A stretch of 42,731 nucleotides of DNA. It comes from Candidatus Omnitrophota bacterium (GTDB lineage Bacteria; Ratteibacteria; UBA8468; MWAK01). The stretch's first letter is position 1. Every line of letters starts with the position of its first letter. The translations under genes and the position numbers were made by a program. The stretch covers positions 1 through 42,731 of the forward strand of contig JAPLMK010000091.1 in the NCBI GenBank assembly GCA_026387085.1. Direction: 5' to 3'. This document shows positions 9,814 through 19,287 of this stretch, in pieces. The notes beneath the pieces were generated by a model. The model saw nothing but the letters and a program-made list of their open reading frames with translations. It was not told the DNA's origin and ran no database searches.

Positions 9814-11511
9814 ATGAATAAACTATATAGCCTGGGGCTTGATTTCGGAACCAACTCAGTAAGGGCGCTCCTGGTTAATATTTCCGGAGGAGCAGAGACC
9901 GCAACCTCAATCTGGAACTATCAGTACGGAAAAAACGGAGTGGTTATCTCTGAAAATGACCCGCTTTTCGCCCGACAACACCCGGCCGATTATGTGAACG
10001 GCACCAGAAATGTCGTTAAAGACGTAATTGAAAAAGCCCGGAAAAACGACCCGGATTTTACGCCGGATAAGGTTATCGGCATCGGAGTTGACACAACCGG
10101 CAGCACGCCGATTCCGGTTGACAAATCCGGCCAGCCACTTGCTTTTAACCAAAAATTCCGCAATAACCCCAACAGTTACGCCTGGCTCTGGAAGGACCAT
10201 ACTTCGGCCGAAGAAGCCGAAGAGATTACCGCCAAAGCAAAAAAAAGCCATCCGGAATACTTACGGCGCTGCGGCGGTCGCTATTCTTCGGAATGGTTCT
10301 TCGCCAAAATCCTCCATCTGAGCCGGATTGACCGGAAAGTTTTTCAGGCGGCCGAGAGTTTCGTGGAACTGGAAGATTTTGTGCCGGCGCTCTTAACCGA
10401 CAACCTGGCGCCCCAGAAACTCAAGCGCGGCATTTGCGCCGCCGGACACAAAGCGCTTTATTGCAGCCAATGGAACGGACTACCTTCAGAGATATTTCTG
10501 ACTTCTCTCAGTCCGGATTTTAAAGGCCTGCGAAACCGGCTTTACGAAAAAGCATACCCGGCCGGAGACCAGGCCGGACGGCTCTCCTCAAAATGGGCGC
10601 GAGAACTCGGTCTAAAAGAAGGAATTGCCGTCAGCGTAGGCGCTTTTGACGCCCACCTAGGTGCAATCGGAGCCGGCATCAAAAAGAACGGGCTGGTCAA
10701 AGTAATCGGCACTTCAACCTGCGACCTGATGGTCTTTCCGTCCGGCAACGAACGCCGTCTGGAAAAAATAGACGGAATGTGCGGCCTGGCTGAAAGTTCC
10801 ATCATTCCCGGCTCAATCGGTCTGGAAGCAGGCCAATCGGCGGTGGGTGATATCTTCGCCTGGTTTGCGGAAAATTGCGTACCGGCCGATTATTCAGCTG
10901 CCGCAAACAAAAACAAGAAAAAAATTCAAGCGTACCTGAGCGAAAAGGCGGCCCGGTTGAATCCCGGCGAAAGCGGCCTGCTTGCCCTGGACTGGAACAA
11001 CGGAAACCGCTCCGTTTTAGTCGACCAGAAACTTTCCGGATTGATTCTGGGCCAGACACTGGCTACCAGGCCGGAAGAGATTTACCGGGCCCTGATTGAA
11101 GCCACCGGTTTCGGCGCCCGGACCATCATCGACCAAATTGAAAAATCCGGAGAAAAAATCAAGGAAGTAATCACCTGCGGCGGCATACCCAAGAAAAACC
11201 CGCTCCTGATGCAAATCTACAGCAATATCCTCAACCGGCCGCTTAAGATTGCCGCCTCGGAACAGACCTGCGCGCTGGGCGCGGCCCTGGTCGGCGCGGT
11301 TGCAGCCGGCAAGGAAGCCGGAGGTTTTTCCAGCGTCACGGAGGGACAGAAGATACTCTGCCGGTTTGAATCGAAAGAATACCGACCGGATAAAAAATCA
11401 GTTGCCGCCTACCAAAAACTCTACCGGCTTTACAGCCAATTACACGATGCGTTCGGACGGCCGGACGGCGCTCTCTTTTCCGTAATGAAAGAACTTTTAA
11501 AACATGGATAA
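9814..11511 (+). CDS. araB: Ribulokinase (FGGY family)
   Basis: GLDFGTNSVRA, RQHPADY, WKDHT, YSSEW, CAAGHKA, GTSTC, EAGQSAVGD, LDWNNGNR. Confidence 0.92.
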   Translation: MNKLYSLGLDFGTNSVRALLVNISGGAETATSIWNYQYGKNGVVISENDPLFARQHPADYVNGTRNVVKDVIEKARKNDPDFTPDKVIGIGVDTTGSTPIPVDKSGQPLAFNQKFRNNPNSYAWLWKDHTSAEEAEEITAKAKKSHPEYLRRCGGRYSSEWFFAKILHLSRIDRKVFQAAESFVELEDFVPALLTDNLAPQKLKRGICAAGHKALYCSQWNGLPSEIFLTSLSPDFKGLRNRLYEKAYPAGDQAGRLSSKWARELGLKEGIAVSVGAFDAHLGAIGAGIKKNGLVKVIGTSTCDLMVFPSGNERRLEKIDGMCGLAESSIIPGSIGLEAGQSAVGDIFAWFAENCVPADYSAAANKNKKKIQAYLSEKAARLNPGESGLLALDWNNGNRSVLVDQKLSGLILGQTLATRPEEIYRALIEATGFGARTIIDQIEKSGEKIKEVITCGGIPKKNPLLMQIYSNILNRPLKIAASEQTCALGAALVGAVAAGKEAGGFSSVTEGQKILCRFESKEYRPDKKSVAAYQKLYRLYSQLHDAFGRPDGALFSVMKELLKHG

Positions 11512-12175
11512 ATTAACCCGTCTCAGAAAAGAAGTGCTGAACGCAAATCTCCTTCTGCCGGAATGGGGACTGGTGGTCGGCACCCAGGGTAACGTCAGCG
11601 GTTTTGACCGGAAGAAAAAACTGGTCCTAATCAAACCAAGCGGAGTTTTCTATTCCAGCTTGAAATCATCAGACCTGGTAACATTAAACCTTGACGGCAA
11701 AAAAATTTCCGGCGCAAAAAAACCATCGGTGGACTGGCCGCACCACCTCTATCTTTACCGGAACATTCCGGGCATCGGCGGCGTCGTACACACCCACTCG
11801 CCTTACGCCACCGCTTTTGCCGCAGCCGGGATTCCGGTACCCTGCTTGACAACCGGACAGGCCGACATCTTCGGCGGCGAAATTCCGGTAACACCATATG
11901 CGGACAACCAAGCGGACAACATCGGAAAAGCAATTATTAAAGCGTATCGTCCGGGCTGCCCGGCAATCATCCTGGGACAGCACGGCATATTCGCTTTTGA
12001 CGAAAATCCGGAAAAAGCGGTCCGGGCGGCAAAATTAACCGAATACTTTGCCCAGATAAATCTCTTGGGCCTGCTGCTGGGAAAAGCATCCGGCCGAAAA
12101 GTCCTGCCGATGGCAGAAAAAGAGATTCAAAAATGGTACCGGCGCTACCACGGCGGGGGTTACGGACAGAAATAG
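11504..12175 (+). CDS. araD: L-ribulose-5-phosphate 4-epimerase-like (class II aldolase family)
   Basis: GNVS, IKPSG, PSVD..HHLYLY, VVHTHS, C-terminal YGQK. Confidence 0.8.
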   Translation: MDKLTRLRKEVLNANLLLPEWGLVVGTQGNVSGFDRKKKLVLIKPSGVFYSSLKSSDLVTLNLDGKKISGAKKPSVDWPHHLYLYRNIPGIGGVVHTHSPYATAFAAAGIPVPCLTTGQADIFGGEIPVTPYADNQADNIGKAIIKAYRPGCPAIILGQHGIFAFDENPEKAVRAAKLTEYFAQINLLGLLLGKASGRKVLPMAEKEIQKWYRRYHGGGYGQK

Positions 12176-12232
12176 CGTTCGGGGCCTGGAGAAAAACTTT
12201 AAAAAATACAGAAAACACGAAAGGTGGAAAAA

Positions 12233-13252
12233 ATGAAAAAAATAAGGGTGGGAATTATCGGCGGAGCCGGTTATGCCGGCGGGGAACTTTTACGTTTGCT
12301 GGTAAACCACCCCGGCGTTGAAATTACCTGCGTCACTTCCGAAACGTTCCCGGGTAAAAAAGTGATTGAACAGTATCCGAAACTAAACAAACTGAAAAAC
12401 TTCACCTTTCAATCTTACCAAAAACAGAAAATAGTTGAGGACTGCGATTTTGTCTTTCTGGCCAAACCGCACCCAAACTCATTCTCGCTGGTACGGGAAC
12501 TTTTCGGAAAAGTACGGATTATTGACCTTTCCGCCAACTTCCGTTTCCCGAAGGCCCGGGACTTTGAAAGCGCCTATCAGACCAAGCACCTGGCCCCGGA
12601 ATTCCTGAAGGAGAGCGTTTACGGTTTGCCGGAAATTTTCCCGAAACAAATAAAAAAAGCAAAATTAATAACCAATCCCGGTTGCTATCCCACCGGCGTT
12701 ATTCTCGGACTGTTTCCGCTCTTTAAAACCAACGCCGTGGAACCGGAAATCAACGTGAGCGCAATCTCTGGTTTTTCCGGAGCCGGCCGTTCACCCGCAC
12801 CCGGTAGCCCGGCTTATTCGGTTAGCGATAATATTCGTCCTTACAAAGTCGGCATCCACCCGCACGGCGCCGAGATGGAAGAGAAGATAAGATCAGCTAC
12901 CGGGAGAAAAATAAGCATTAACTTTATACCGCAGGTGGCCGGATTTGAAAGAGGCATTCTCAGCGTTACCTTCGCCCGCCTGAAGAAAAAAAATTCTCCG
13001 GAAACACTTATTTCTCTGTACCGGAAAACATACCGGAAAAATCCGTTTGTCCGAGTCCTTCCCCCGGGGCAATATCCGGAAATAAAGAACGTGGTCCTGA
13101 CCAATTTCTGCGACCTTGGCGTTCAACTACTCAAGGATAATAACCTGGTTATAATTACGGCGCTTGACAACCTGGTTAAGGGAGCAGCCGGACAAGCCGT
13201 TCAGAACCTCAACATCATGGCCGGATTTCCGGAGGGCGAGGCGCTCGGATGA
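12233..13252 (+). CDS. argC: N-acetyl-gamma-glutamyl-phosphate reductase
   Basis: GGAGYAGGEL, DLSANFR, NPGCYPT, SGAGR, DNLVKGAAGQAVQN. Confidence 0.95.
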   Translation: MKKIRVGIIGGAGYAGGELLRLLVNHPGVEITCVTSETFPGKKVIEQYPKLNKLKNFTFQSYQKQKIVEDCDFVFLAKPHPNSFSLVRELFGKVRIIDLSANFRFPKARDFESAYQTKHLAPEFLKESVYGLPEIFPKQIKKAKLITNPGCYPTGVILGLFPLFKTNAVEPEINVSAISGFSGAGRSPAPGSPAYSVSDNIRPYKVGIHPHGAEMEEKIRSATGRKISINFIPQVAGFERGILSVTFARLKKKNSPETLISLYRKTYRKNPFVRVLPPGQYPEIKNVVLTNFCDLGVQLLKDNNLVIITALDNLVKGAAGQAVQNLNIMAGFPEGEALG

Positions 13253-14100
13253 GAGAAAAATTACCGAAAAATAAACCGGAAACAACCTTAGTCGCTCTCT
13301 TTGGATTTCCGGTTAAACATACTCTTTCGCCCCTCTTCCAGAATGCCGCTTTTCAAGCCCTGGGGATGAATACATTTTACCTTGCCCTCGAGGTGCCGCC
13401 GGAAGAACTTCCCGACGCAATCAACGCCATCCGCTCCCGAAAATTTTTGGGCGCCAACCTGACCATTCCGCACAAAGAAACGGTGATTCCGTTTCTGGAT
13501 GAGGTTTCTTTACCGGCACAAAAATGCGGTTCGGTAAACACCGTCGTCAATCACAACGGGAAATTGAGAGGTGAAACAACCGATGGTCCCGGCTTTATCC
13601 GCTCCCTGAAAGAAGAAGCGGGCATAACGCCGAAAGGAAAAAGAATCTTTCTGATTGGCGCCGGCGGCGCGGCCCGGGCGTTGGCTTTCTCGCTCGCCGA
13701 AGCAAAAGCAAGCATCTGCTTAACCAACCGGACTGCGGTAAAAGGGGAAAAACTGGTCTCTGATTTGAAAAATTACTATCCGCAGAACACCATTACCTAC
13801 GTTCCTTTTTCGGAAAAATCTAAAACGCTGCGCCGGGAAAAGATTGACGTCCTCATCAACGCCACTTCATTAGGGCTGAAAAAAGAAGAAGAGTTATTCC
13901 GGCCGGCTGACCTGGCCGGCAAAATAGTCGTCTGCGATTTAATTTACAACCGCAAAACACTGCTCCTGCAGTCGGCGCAAGAACTGGGACTGAAAACAAT
14001 TAACGGGCTGGGAATGCTCATCCACCAGGGCGCGCTCTCCTTCCAACTCTGGACCGGAAAGACCGCTCCGATAAAAATAATGTTCGCTGCCGTAAAATAA
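13249..14100 (+). CDS. aroE: Shikimate dehydrogenase
   Basis: HTLSP, NLTIPHK, SVNT, TDG.G, GAGGAA, NATSLG, GLGMLIHQG. Confidence 0.95.
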   Translation: MREKLPKNKPETTLVALFGFPVKHTLSPLFQNAAFQALGMNTFYLALEVPPEELPDAINAIRSRKFLGANLTIPHKETVIPFLDEVSLPAQKCGSVNTVVNHNGKLRGETTDGPGFIRSLKEEAGITPKGKRIFLIGAGGAARALAFSLAEAKASICLTNRTAVKGEKLVSDLKNYYPQNTITYVPFSEKSKTLRREKIDVLINATSLGLKKEEELFRPADLAGKIVVCDLIYNRKTLLLQSAQELGLKTINGLGMLIHQGALSFQLWTGKTAPIKIMFAAVK

Positions 14101-14229
14101 GCCGCCGGATATATTGAAACAAAATTAAGAATGACAATATATTTGTGCCGACAGGTAAAAACATGATATGCTTTAATACGATACGCCTTTGTCGGAGCAA
14201 TAAAAAGTTAACTATTTTTAGCTGATAAA

Positions 14230-14970
14230 ATGTTGAAAAAGAAAATCAGGGTAACGGTTTGGAATGAATTCCGGCACGAAAAAAGTGACGCGGCAGTCAA
14301 AAAAATATATCCGGACGGAATACACGCGGTTATTGCGGCCCATCTGAATAAACAGGAGGGAATCATTGCCGGAACTGCGGTCCTTGACCAGCCGGAACAC
14401 GGCCTGACCCGGGAGACATTAACCGGCACCGACGTTTTAACCTGGTGGGGGCACATCGCTCACAGCGAGGTCTCAGACGAAATAGTCAACCGGGTGCAAG
14501 AACGGGTACTGGAAGGCATGGGACTAATCATCCTCCATTCCGGCCACCACTCCAAAATATTCAAACGGCTGATGGGCACCACCTGCAACCTGCGCTGGCG
14601 CGAAGCCAACGAAAAAGAACGGCTTTGGAACGTGGAGCCCGGCCACCCGGTAACCGATGGCCTCGGTGACTATTTCGAATTGCCGCACGAAGAGATGTAC
14701 GGGGAACGTTTTGACATCCCAAATCCGGATAAGCTGGTCTTTATCTCCTGGTTTGAAGGCGGGGAGGTTTTCCGCAGCGGCTGCTGTTATGAGCGGGGAC
14801 ACGGCCGCATCTTCTACTTCCAACCCGGTCACGAAACATATCCCATATATTACGATACCAACGTAATGCAGGTTATCACCAACGCAGTCCGGTGGGCGGC
14901 ACCCAGAATAATTAAAAAGATTGAAACACCAAATTCTCCGCCGATAGAAAATTTACCTTCCCCGGCTTGA
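14230..14970 (+). CDS. ThuA-domain (trehalose utilization-like) protein
   Basis: [36 protein letters not shown]. Confidence 0.9.
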   Translation: MLKKKIRVTVWNEFRHEKSDAAVKKIYPDGIHAVIAAHLNKQEGIIAGTAVLDQPEHGLTRETLTGTDVLTWWGHIAHSEVSDEIVNRVQERVLEGMGLIILHSGHHSKIFKRLMGTTCNLRWREANEKERLWNVEPGHPVTDGLGDYFELPHEEMYGERFDIPNPDKLVFISWFEGGEVFRSGCCYERGHGRIFYFQPGHETYPIYYDTNVMQVITNAVRWAAPRIIKKIETPNSPPIENLPSPA

Positions 14971-14991
14971 CTACGCTAAATTTCGTCTACC

Positions 14992-16212
14992 GTGAAATTT
15001 AACTCTTTCGCGTTTTCCGCGCTGCGCCACAGAAATTTCCGTATCTTCTGGCTCGGCCAGTTTCTTTCTCTCTGTGGTTCCTGGATGCAGAATGTGGCCC
15101 AGGGCTGGCTGGTTCTCAGCGTCACTAATTCTGTATTCCTGTTGGGATTGACCGGCGCCATCGCCGGCCTGCCTGTCCTCGTCTTTTCGCTGGTCGGCGG
15201 AGTAACAGCCGACCGCGTTAACAAACGTTCCTTTTTAATCCTTACCCAGGCACTGGCCGCGCTCCTGGCCCTTATCCTGGCCATACTCATCTCCCTGAAA
15301 ATAGTCACCTTCTGGCAAATTGCCTTGATTGCCGGGTTATCCGGATTGGTACTGGCTTTTGACGCCCCGGTCCGCCAATCGTTTTTTGCGGAACTTGTAC
15401 CGAAAAAAGACCTCTCCAACGCCATCGCTATAAACTCTACGGTTTTTAATATTACTCGAATCATCGGACCGGTCCTGGCCGCCTTCGCTATCGCCGGCCT
15501 GGGCATGTCCAGCGCCTTCTACCTGAACAGCCTCAGTTTTCTGCCGGCAATTATCGCGCTCTATTTTATCCGGGGCAATTTCCGGCCTCAGCACAAACCC
15601 GAACGGACAATTATCTCCTCTCTTTTTCAGGGCGCCGGTTACATCTGGAAAAATAGACGCATCCGTATCTTGATTATACATATATCATTCTTAAGTGTCT
15701 TTGGAATGTCCGGCCAGATATTGATGCCGGTCTTTGCCCGCGATATCCTGCATTTAGGGGTCCGCGGGTTGGGACATTTAATGGCCTTCTTTGGATTGGG
15801 CTCACTGATCGGCGCAATTTTTATGGTCCTCTCAAGCCACTTTCCGAGACGGGAAAGATTTGTTTTTATCGGCGGGCTGGTAATGTCCCTGTCTCTGATT
15901 TTATTTGCCTTATCCCAAAACACAACTCTTTCCTGTCTCCTGCTGATTCCGGCCGGCTGGGGTTTTATCACGCAGGCAGTAACCATTCAATCCCTGCTTC
16001 AAAACTATGCACCGGATGCTTTACGCGGAAGGGTAATGGGCTTCTTCACCTTTACCTTCATGGGAATGATGCCCATCGGCAGTTTTCAGGCCGGTCTGCT
16101 TGCCCACCTCTGGGGAACTCCGGCGGCCGTGGTAATCGGCGGGATAATCTGTCTCGGCGCCAGCCTCTACCTCCTGCTCAATTCCCGTCTACTTTCAGGG
16201 GTTGTCGAATAG
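14992..16212 (+). CDS. MFS transporter (MFS_3-like)
   Basis: About 12 TM segments, NFRIFWLGQFLS, GGVTADR, LRGRVMG. Confidence 0.9.
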   Translation: MKFNSFAFSALRHRNFRIFWLGQFLSLCGSWMQNVAQGWLVLSVTNSVFLLGLTGAIAGLPVLVFSLVGGVTADRVNKRSFLILTQALAALLALILAILISLKIVTFWQIALIAGLSGLVLAFDAPVRQSFFAELVPKKDLSNAIAINSTVFNITRIIGPVLAAFAIAGLGMSSAFYLNSLSFLPAIIALYFIRGNFRPQHKPERTIISSLFQGAGYIWKNRRIRILIIHISFLSVFGMSGQILMPVFARDILHLGVRGLGHLMAFFGLGSLIGAIFMVLSSHFPRRERFVFIGGLVMSLSLILFALSQNTTLSCLLLIPAGWGFITQAVTIQSLLQNYAPDALRGRVMGFFTFTFMGMMPIGSFQAGLLAHLWGTPAAVVIGGIICLGASLYLLLNSRLLSGVVE

Positions 16213-17244
16213 AGACCGGCACAGAAAAAGAAAAGCGCCCAGCAGAATGACGATTTGGGGCAGAAAAGCAGCCAGGGCCGGCGGAAGATAACCTTGATTT
16301 CCCAGGGCCAGCCCGAAAGAAAAAAGCCAATAGGTAAACATCGCCAGCAGAAATCCGAGCGTAACCAATGCCGGCCTGGAAAAACGCCGGCTGAACGCCA
16401 GGGGTAACGTCAGAAAGACCACAAAAATGTTGAGCAACGGATAACTTAAATGACTAAGCACGGCAGTCCGAATAGCAACCGGGTCCAAGCCGGCCTTGTT
16501 CAGTCTCGCCAAATAACCAACTAACTGACGCAGCGAAAGCGCCTGAACCGGTTCCAATAAAGGTTCCAGGTCTTCCCGGCTCATCTGAAAATCAAACGAC
16601 CGTCGAGTAAAAGATAGATCATCCAAAACCTCACCCTCAACTGAAAACATGACCCGCAGGCCGGATTCTATCACCCATTGGCCATCTTTTTCAATCAGGC
16701 ACCGTTCCCCCCGGTAAATCTCCTTCAAATTTCCTTCCGGGTAAAAAATAAGGATATTGGGTTTTTCAAAAAGGTTCTCGGCTGTCCGAAACTTCTCCGC
16801 GTAAAAGAAAAATTGCGGCAGGGCTAGCGTCGGGTTGGATATTTCAGCCCGGGGCTTAATCCGGCTGAAAGAAGCCGGAACTATCGTCTCGTTAACCAGA
16901 AAAACAAGCGGAATTAAGAGCCCGCCCAAAATAAAGAACGGAGCCAGAAAGCGGAGCGGGAAAAGCCCGGAACCTTCCAGAATCAGCATCTCCCGGTGTT
17001 TGCCCATCAACCCCAAAGTAACCAGAACCGAAATCAGCACCGCTAACGGCGAAAACTGGACAAAAACACCCGGAATCATCCAGAGAAATACGCGCGCTAC
17101 CGCAGCCGGGGAGTATCCGCCATGCAGATAATCGGCTAAATTATCCACGACGGCTCCGACCAGCCCGATGACAGATAGGGCAATGATTGCCAGCAGGTAA
17201 AGTTTAACAAATTCCCCGGCGAGGTATTTATCCAGTCGCTTCAT
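16195..17244 (-). CDS. lptG: LPS export permease LptG-like
   Basis: LDKYL start, EMLILEGSG motif, 3+3 TM with periplasmic domain; paired with lptF. Confidence 0.8.
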   Translation of the reverse strand: MKRLDKYLAGEFVKLYLLAIIALSVIGLVGAVVDNLADYLHGGYSPAAVARVFLWMIPGVFVQFSPLAVLISVLVTLGLMGKHREMLILEGSGLFPLRFLAPFFILGGLLIPLVFLVNETIVPASFSRIKPRAEISNPTLALPQFFFYAEKFRTAENLFEKPNILIFYPEGNLKEIYRGERCLIEKDGQWVIESGLRVMFSVEGEVLDDLSFTRRSFDFQMSREDLEPLLEPVQALSLRQLVGYLARLNKAGLDPVAIRTAVLSHLSYPLLNIFVVFLTLPLAFSRRFSRPALVTLGFLLAMFTYWLFSFGLALGNQGYLPPALAAFLPQIVILLGAFLFLCRSLFDNP

Positions 17245-17259
17245 AATTACATCTTTATT

Positions 17260-17776
17260 GAACGCAGATTACCGCAGAGAACGCGGAGCACACGGAGAAT
17301 TACTTCAAAGATTGTTAACCATTCTTACGATTCCATCTCTTAATACCCTAACATTGAAATTAATCAACAACCCGATTTTGTAATCAGACAGCTTCAAATA
17401 AGATATCAACTGGGCTTTATGAATTGGTAACAGTTTCTCAACCGATTTTATCTCCAAGATGATACTATCCCCCACAACCAAATCTAACCGATATGCACAA
17501 TCAAGATTTACTCCACGATATACAACATAAAGTGGTTTCTGTTGTTCCACCTTTAATCCTGTTTGTATAAGATCATACACCATACAGATTTCGTAGGCAG
17601 ATTCAAGAAGTCCCGGACCCAAAGCGCGATGAATATTTATCGCTACCCCTATAATTTGTTTCCGTTATCTTGTTAAGTTCTTCTTTTTCCATATCTCTTT
17701 GCGATCTCTGCGTACTCTGCGGTTCATCTTTTATCGTTTTGTTCTTGAGAATACCTTTTTTCGTTCATCTGCGTCC
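17260..17776. mobile_element. Nonamer-repeat-bounded cassette carrying the GxxExxY gene, between lptF and lptG
   Basis: Left arm accgcagag-aacgcggag-cacacggag (17271-17298) is inverted at 17694-17723; outer pair gaacgcagat (17260-17269) / atctgcgtcc (17767-17776). Confidence 0.6.
17305..17692 (-). pseudogene. GxxExxY protein (PD-(D/E)XK-like) with a +1 frameshift near codon 12
   Basis: ATG 17692 MEKEELNKITE, one extra A, then QIIGVAINIHRALGPGLLESAYE...RLDLVV...LEIKSV...AQLISYLK...GLLINF; AT-rich. Confidence 0.85.
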
Positions 17777-17787
17777 TGTTTACCATT

Positions 17788-18822
17788 TTATTCTATCCGC
17801 TCAAAAAAATAAATCCCCACCAGTAAAATAACTGCGTCCGGTAAAAAATAAAAGCCGGCTAAATGCGGCTTAACCCGCGTCAAGGCCTCAATCCCGGTCA
17901 GCGCGAAATAATAACTCAAGACCAGGCCGCAGGAAACCGTAATTCCCCAAAGACTGCGCGGCAAAGCGATACCCAAAGGTATGCCGATCAACAGGAAAAG
18001 AAGCGGCGCAAAAGCAAAAGAAAACCGGCGCAGTTGCTCTGACTTCGCTTTCGCCGTACCGGAACGGAGTAACTGAAAACTGCTCATTTCGTAAATCTTC
18101 GGCTCCGGCCGGCCTCCTCTCGCAACAATCTCGGGCAAGGGAAAAAGATAAGTTTGGAAAGAGAGCCGCTGGTATGTTTTTACTTTTTGGGATTGATAGG
18201 TCTGCATAACGCCTTCCTGAAGGTAAAGGCACGGCTTTCCGGAGCGGAAAACCAGTTTAACCTTACGGGCCGATATGGTGCGTATCGTCTGCCCGTCTTT
18301 CTGATACAAAGTAACCATTCCTTTTTTCCCTTTGCTGGGTATAAAGAGCACTAGATTGGGAAATTCGGTAACAACCGAACCGGGCCGAACCAGGTTAGCG
18401 GTTGGATTCACTTTGACGTCTAAAAAAACGATGCGGTTCTGATAAAATCCGTAAGGCTGAGCGAAACAAAGCAGACCAAGATTAGCCAGAGATAACAAAA
18501 GCCCCAGGAAGAGAAACGGCCAGACCGCGTTTTTCAGGGAAATCCCCAAACTCTTGATGGCCAGAAATTCCCGGTCCTGGCTGAAACGGCTGAAAGTAAG
18601 CGTGGAGCCGATCAGAACGGCCAGGGCCAGGCCATACGGCAAAAGGGAAAAGAGCAGCAGAAAAAAGTACCGGAACAACGTAAAACCGGACACCAGGTTC
18701 TTCACCAGGAGGTCAACAACCTGGAAAAGGGCGCTTAAGGAGAGCAGAAAAAGGATAAAAGCGAAAGAGATGAAAAACGGCGGGCCAAATTCCGTAATCA
18801 GGTAACGGCTGATGCGCTTCAT
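17788..18822 (-). CDS. lptF: LPS export permease LptF-like
   Basis: MKRISRYL..E, FSRFSQDREFLAIKSLG, LIGIPLG; start at ATG 18822. Confidence 0.8.
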   Translation of the reverse strand: MKRISRYLITEFGPPFFISFAFILFLLSLSALFQVVDLLVKNLVSGFTLFRYFFLLLFSLLPYGLALAVLIGSTLTFSRFSQDREFLAIKSLGISLKNAVWPFLFLGLLLSLANLGLLCFAQPYGFYQNRIVFLDVKVNPTANLVRPGSVVTEFPNLVLFIPSKGKKGMVTLYQKDGQTIRTISARKVKLVFRSGKPCLYLQEGVMQTYQSQKVKTYQRLSFQTYLFPLPEIVARGGRPEPKIYEMSSFQLLRSGTAKAKSEQLRRFSFAFAPLLFLLIGIPLGIALPRSLWGITVSCGLVLSYYFALTGIEALTRVKPHLAGFYFLPDAVILLVGIYFFERIE

Positions 18823-18827
18823 ACTTA

Positions 18828-19101
18828 GGGGTTGCGAAAGAATAAAATCGCCTATTTGGAGTCCCAGATTTAAGGTCAGTGCAAGGCGCGACGAAGGTTC
18901 TGTGCCCCCTGCGGCACACAACCGAGGAGCAACGCCGCAATGACCTAAAAACTTCGACTCCCTGAAAAGCCAGGTTTCTTTTGGGCTGCGACTGCGTCGC
19001 TCATCGCTTGCGTACCACAGTGGGTACGTAAGCTTCTTCGCTCCTTGTCTCGCTCCAAAATCGCCTCTGGCAAATAGGCAATTTTATTCTTTCGCAGCCC
19101 C
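18828..19101. mobile_element. 274-bp MITE with 31-bp TIRs and ATACTTA target-site duplication
   Basis: ggggttgcgaaagaataaaatcgcctatttg / caaataggcaattttattctttcgcagcccc (2 mismatches); ATACTTA at 18821-18827 and 19102-19108. Confidence 0.85.
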
Positions 19102-19160
19102 ATACTTATTTTAACATAACCGCACAGAACGTGCTATTGCTAAAATTCCGTAAATTTTAA

Positions 19161-19189
19161 TTGACCAAACAGGTGCATCGGAGTAAAAT
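19161..19189 (+). promoter_or_regulatory. sigma70-type promoter
   Basis: TTGACC-17-TAAAAT upstream of the UroD-family gene. Confidence 0.55.
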
Positions 19190-19287
19190 ATAAAAAATCA
19201 GGTCGGCTGTCGGGCTAAAAATATTTCTGCTTCGATTTTGCTCAGTACGGCGAGTGAACCATTTTTTTGGCAAACAGGATATGTCGG

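Noticed and set aside
14143-14200. Imperfect inverted repeat (ccgaca/tgtcgg) upstream of thuA as an operator or riboswitch
   Set aside because: Short stem with a long loop and no second copy in the window; could be chance.
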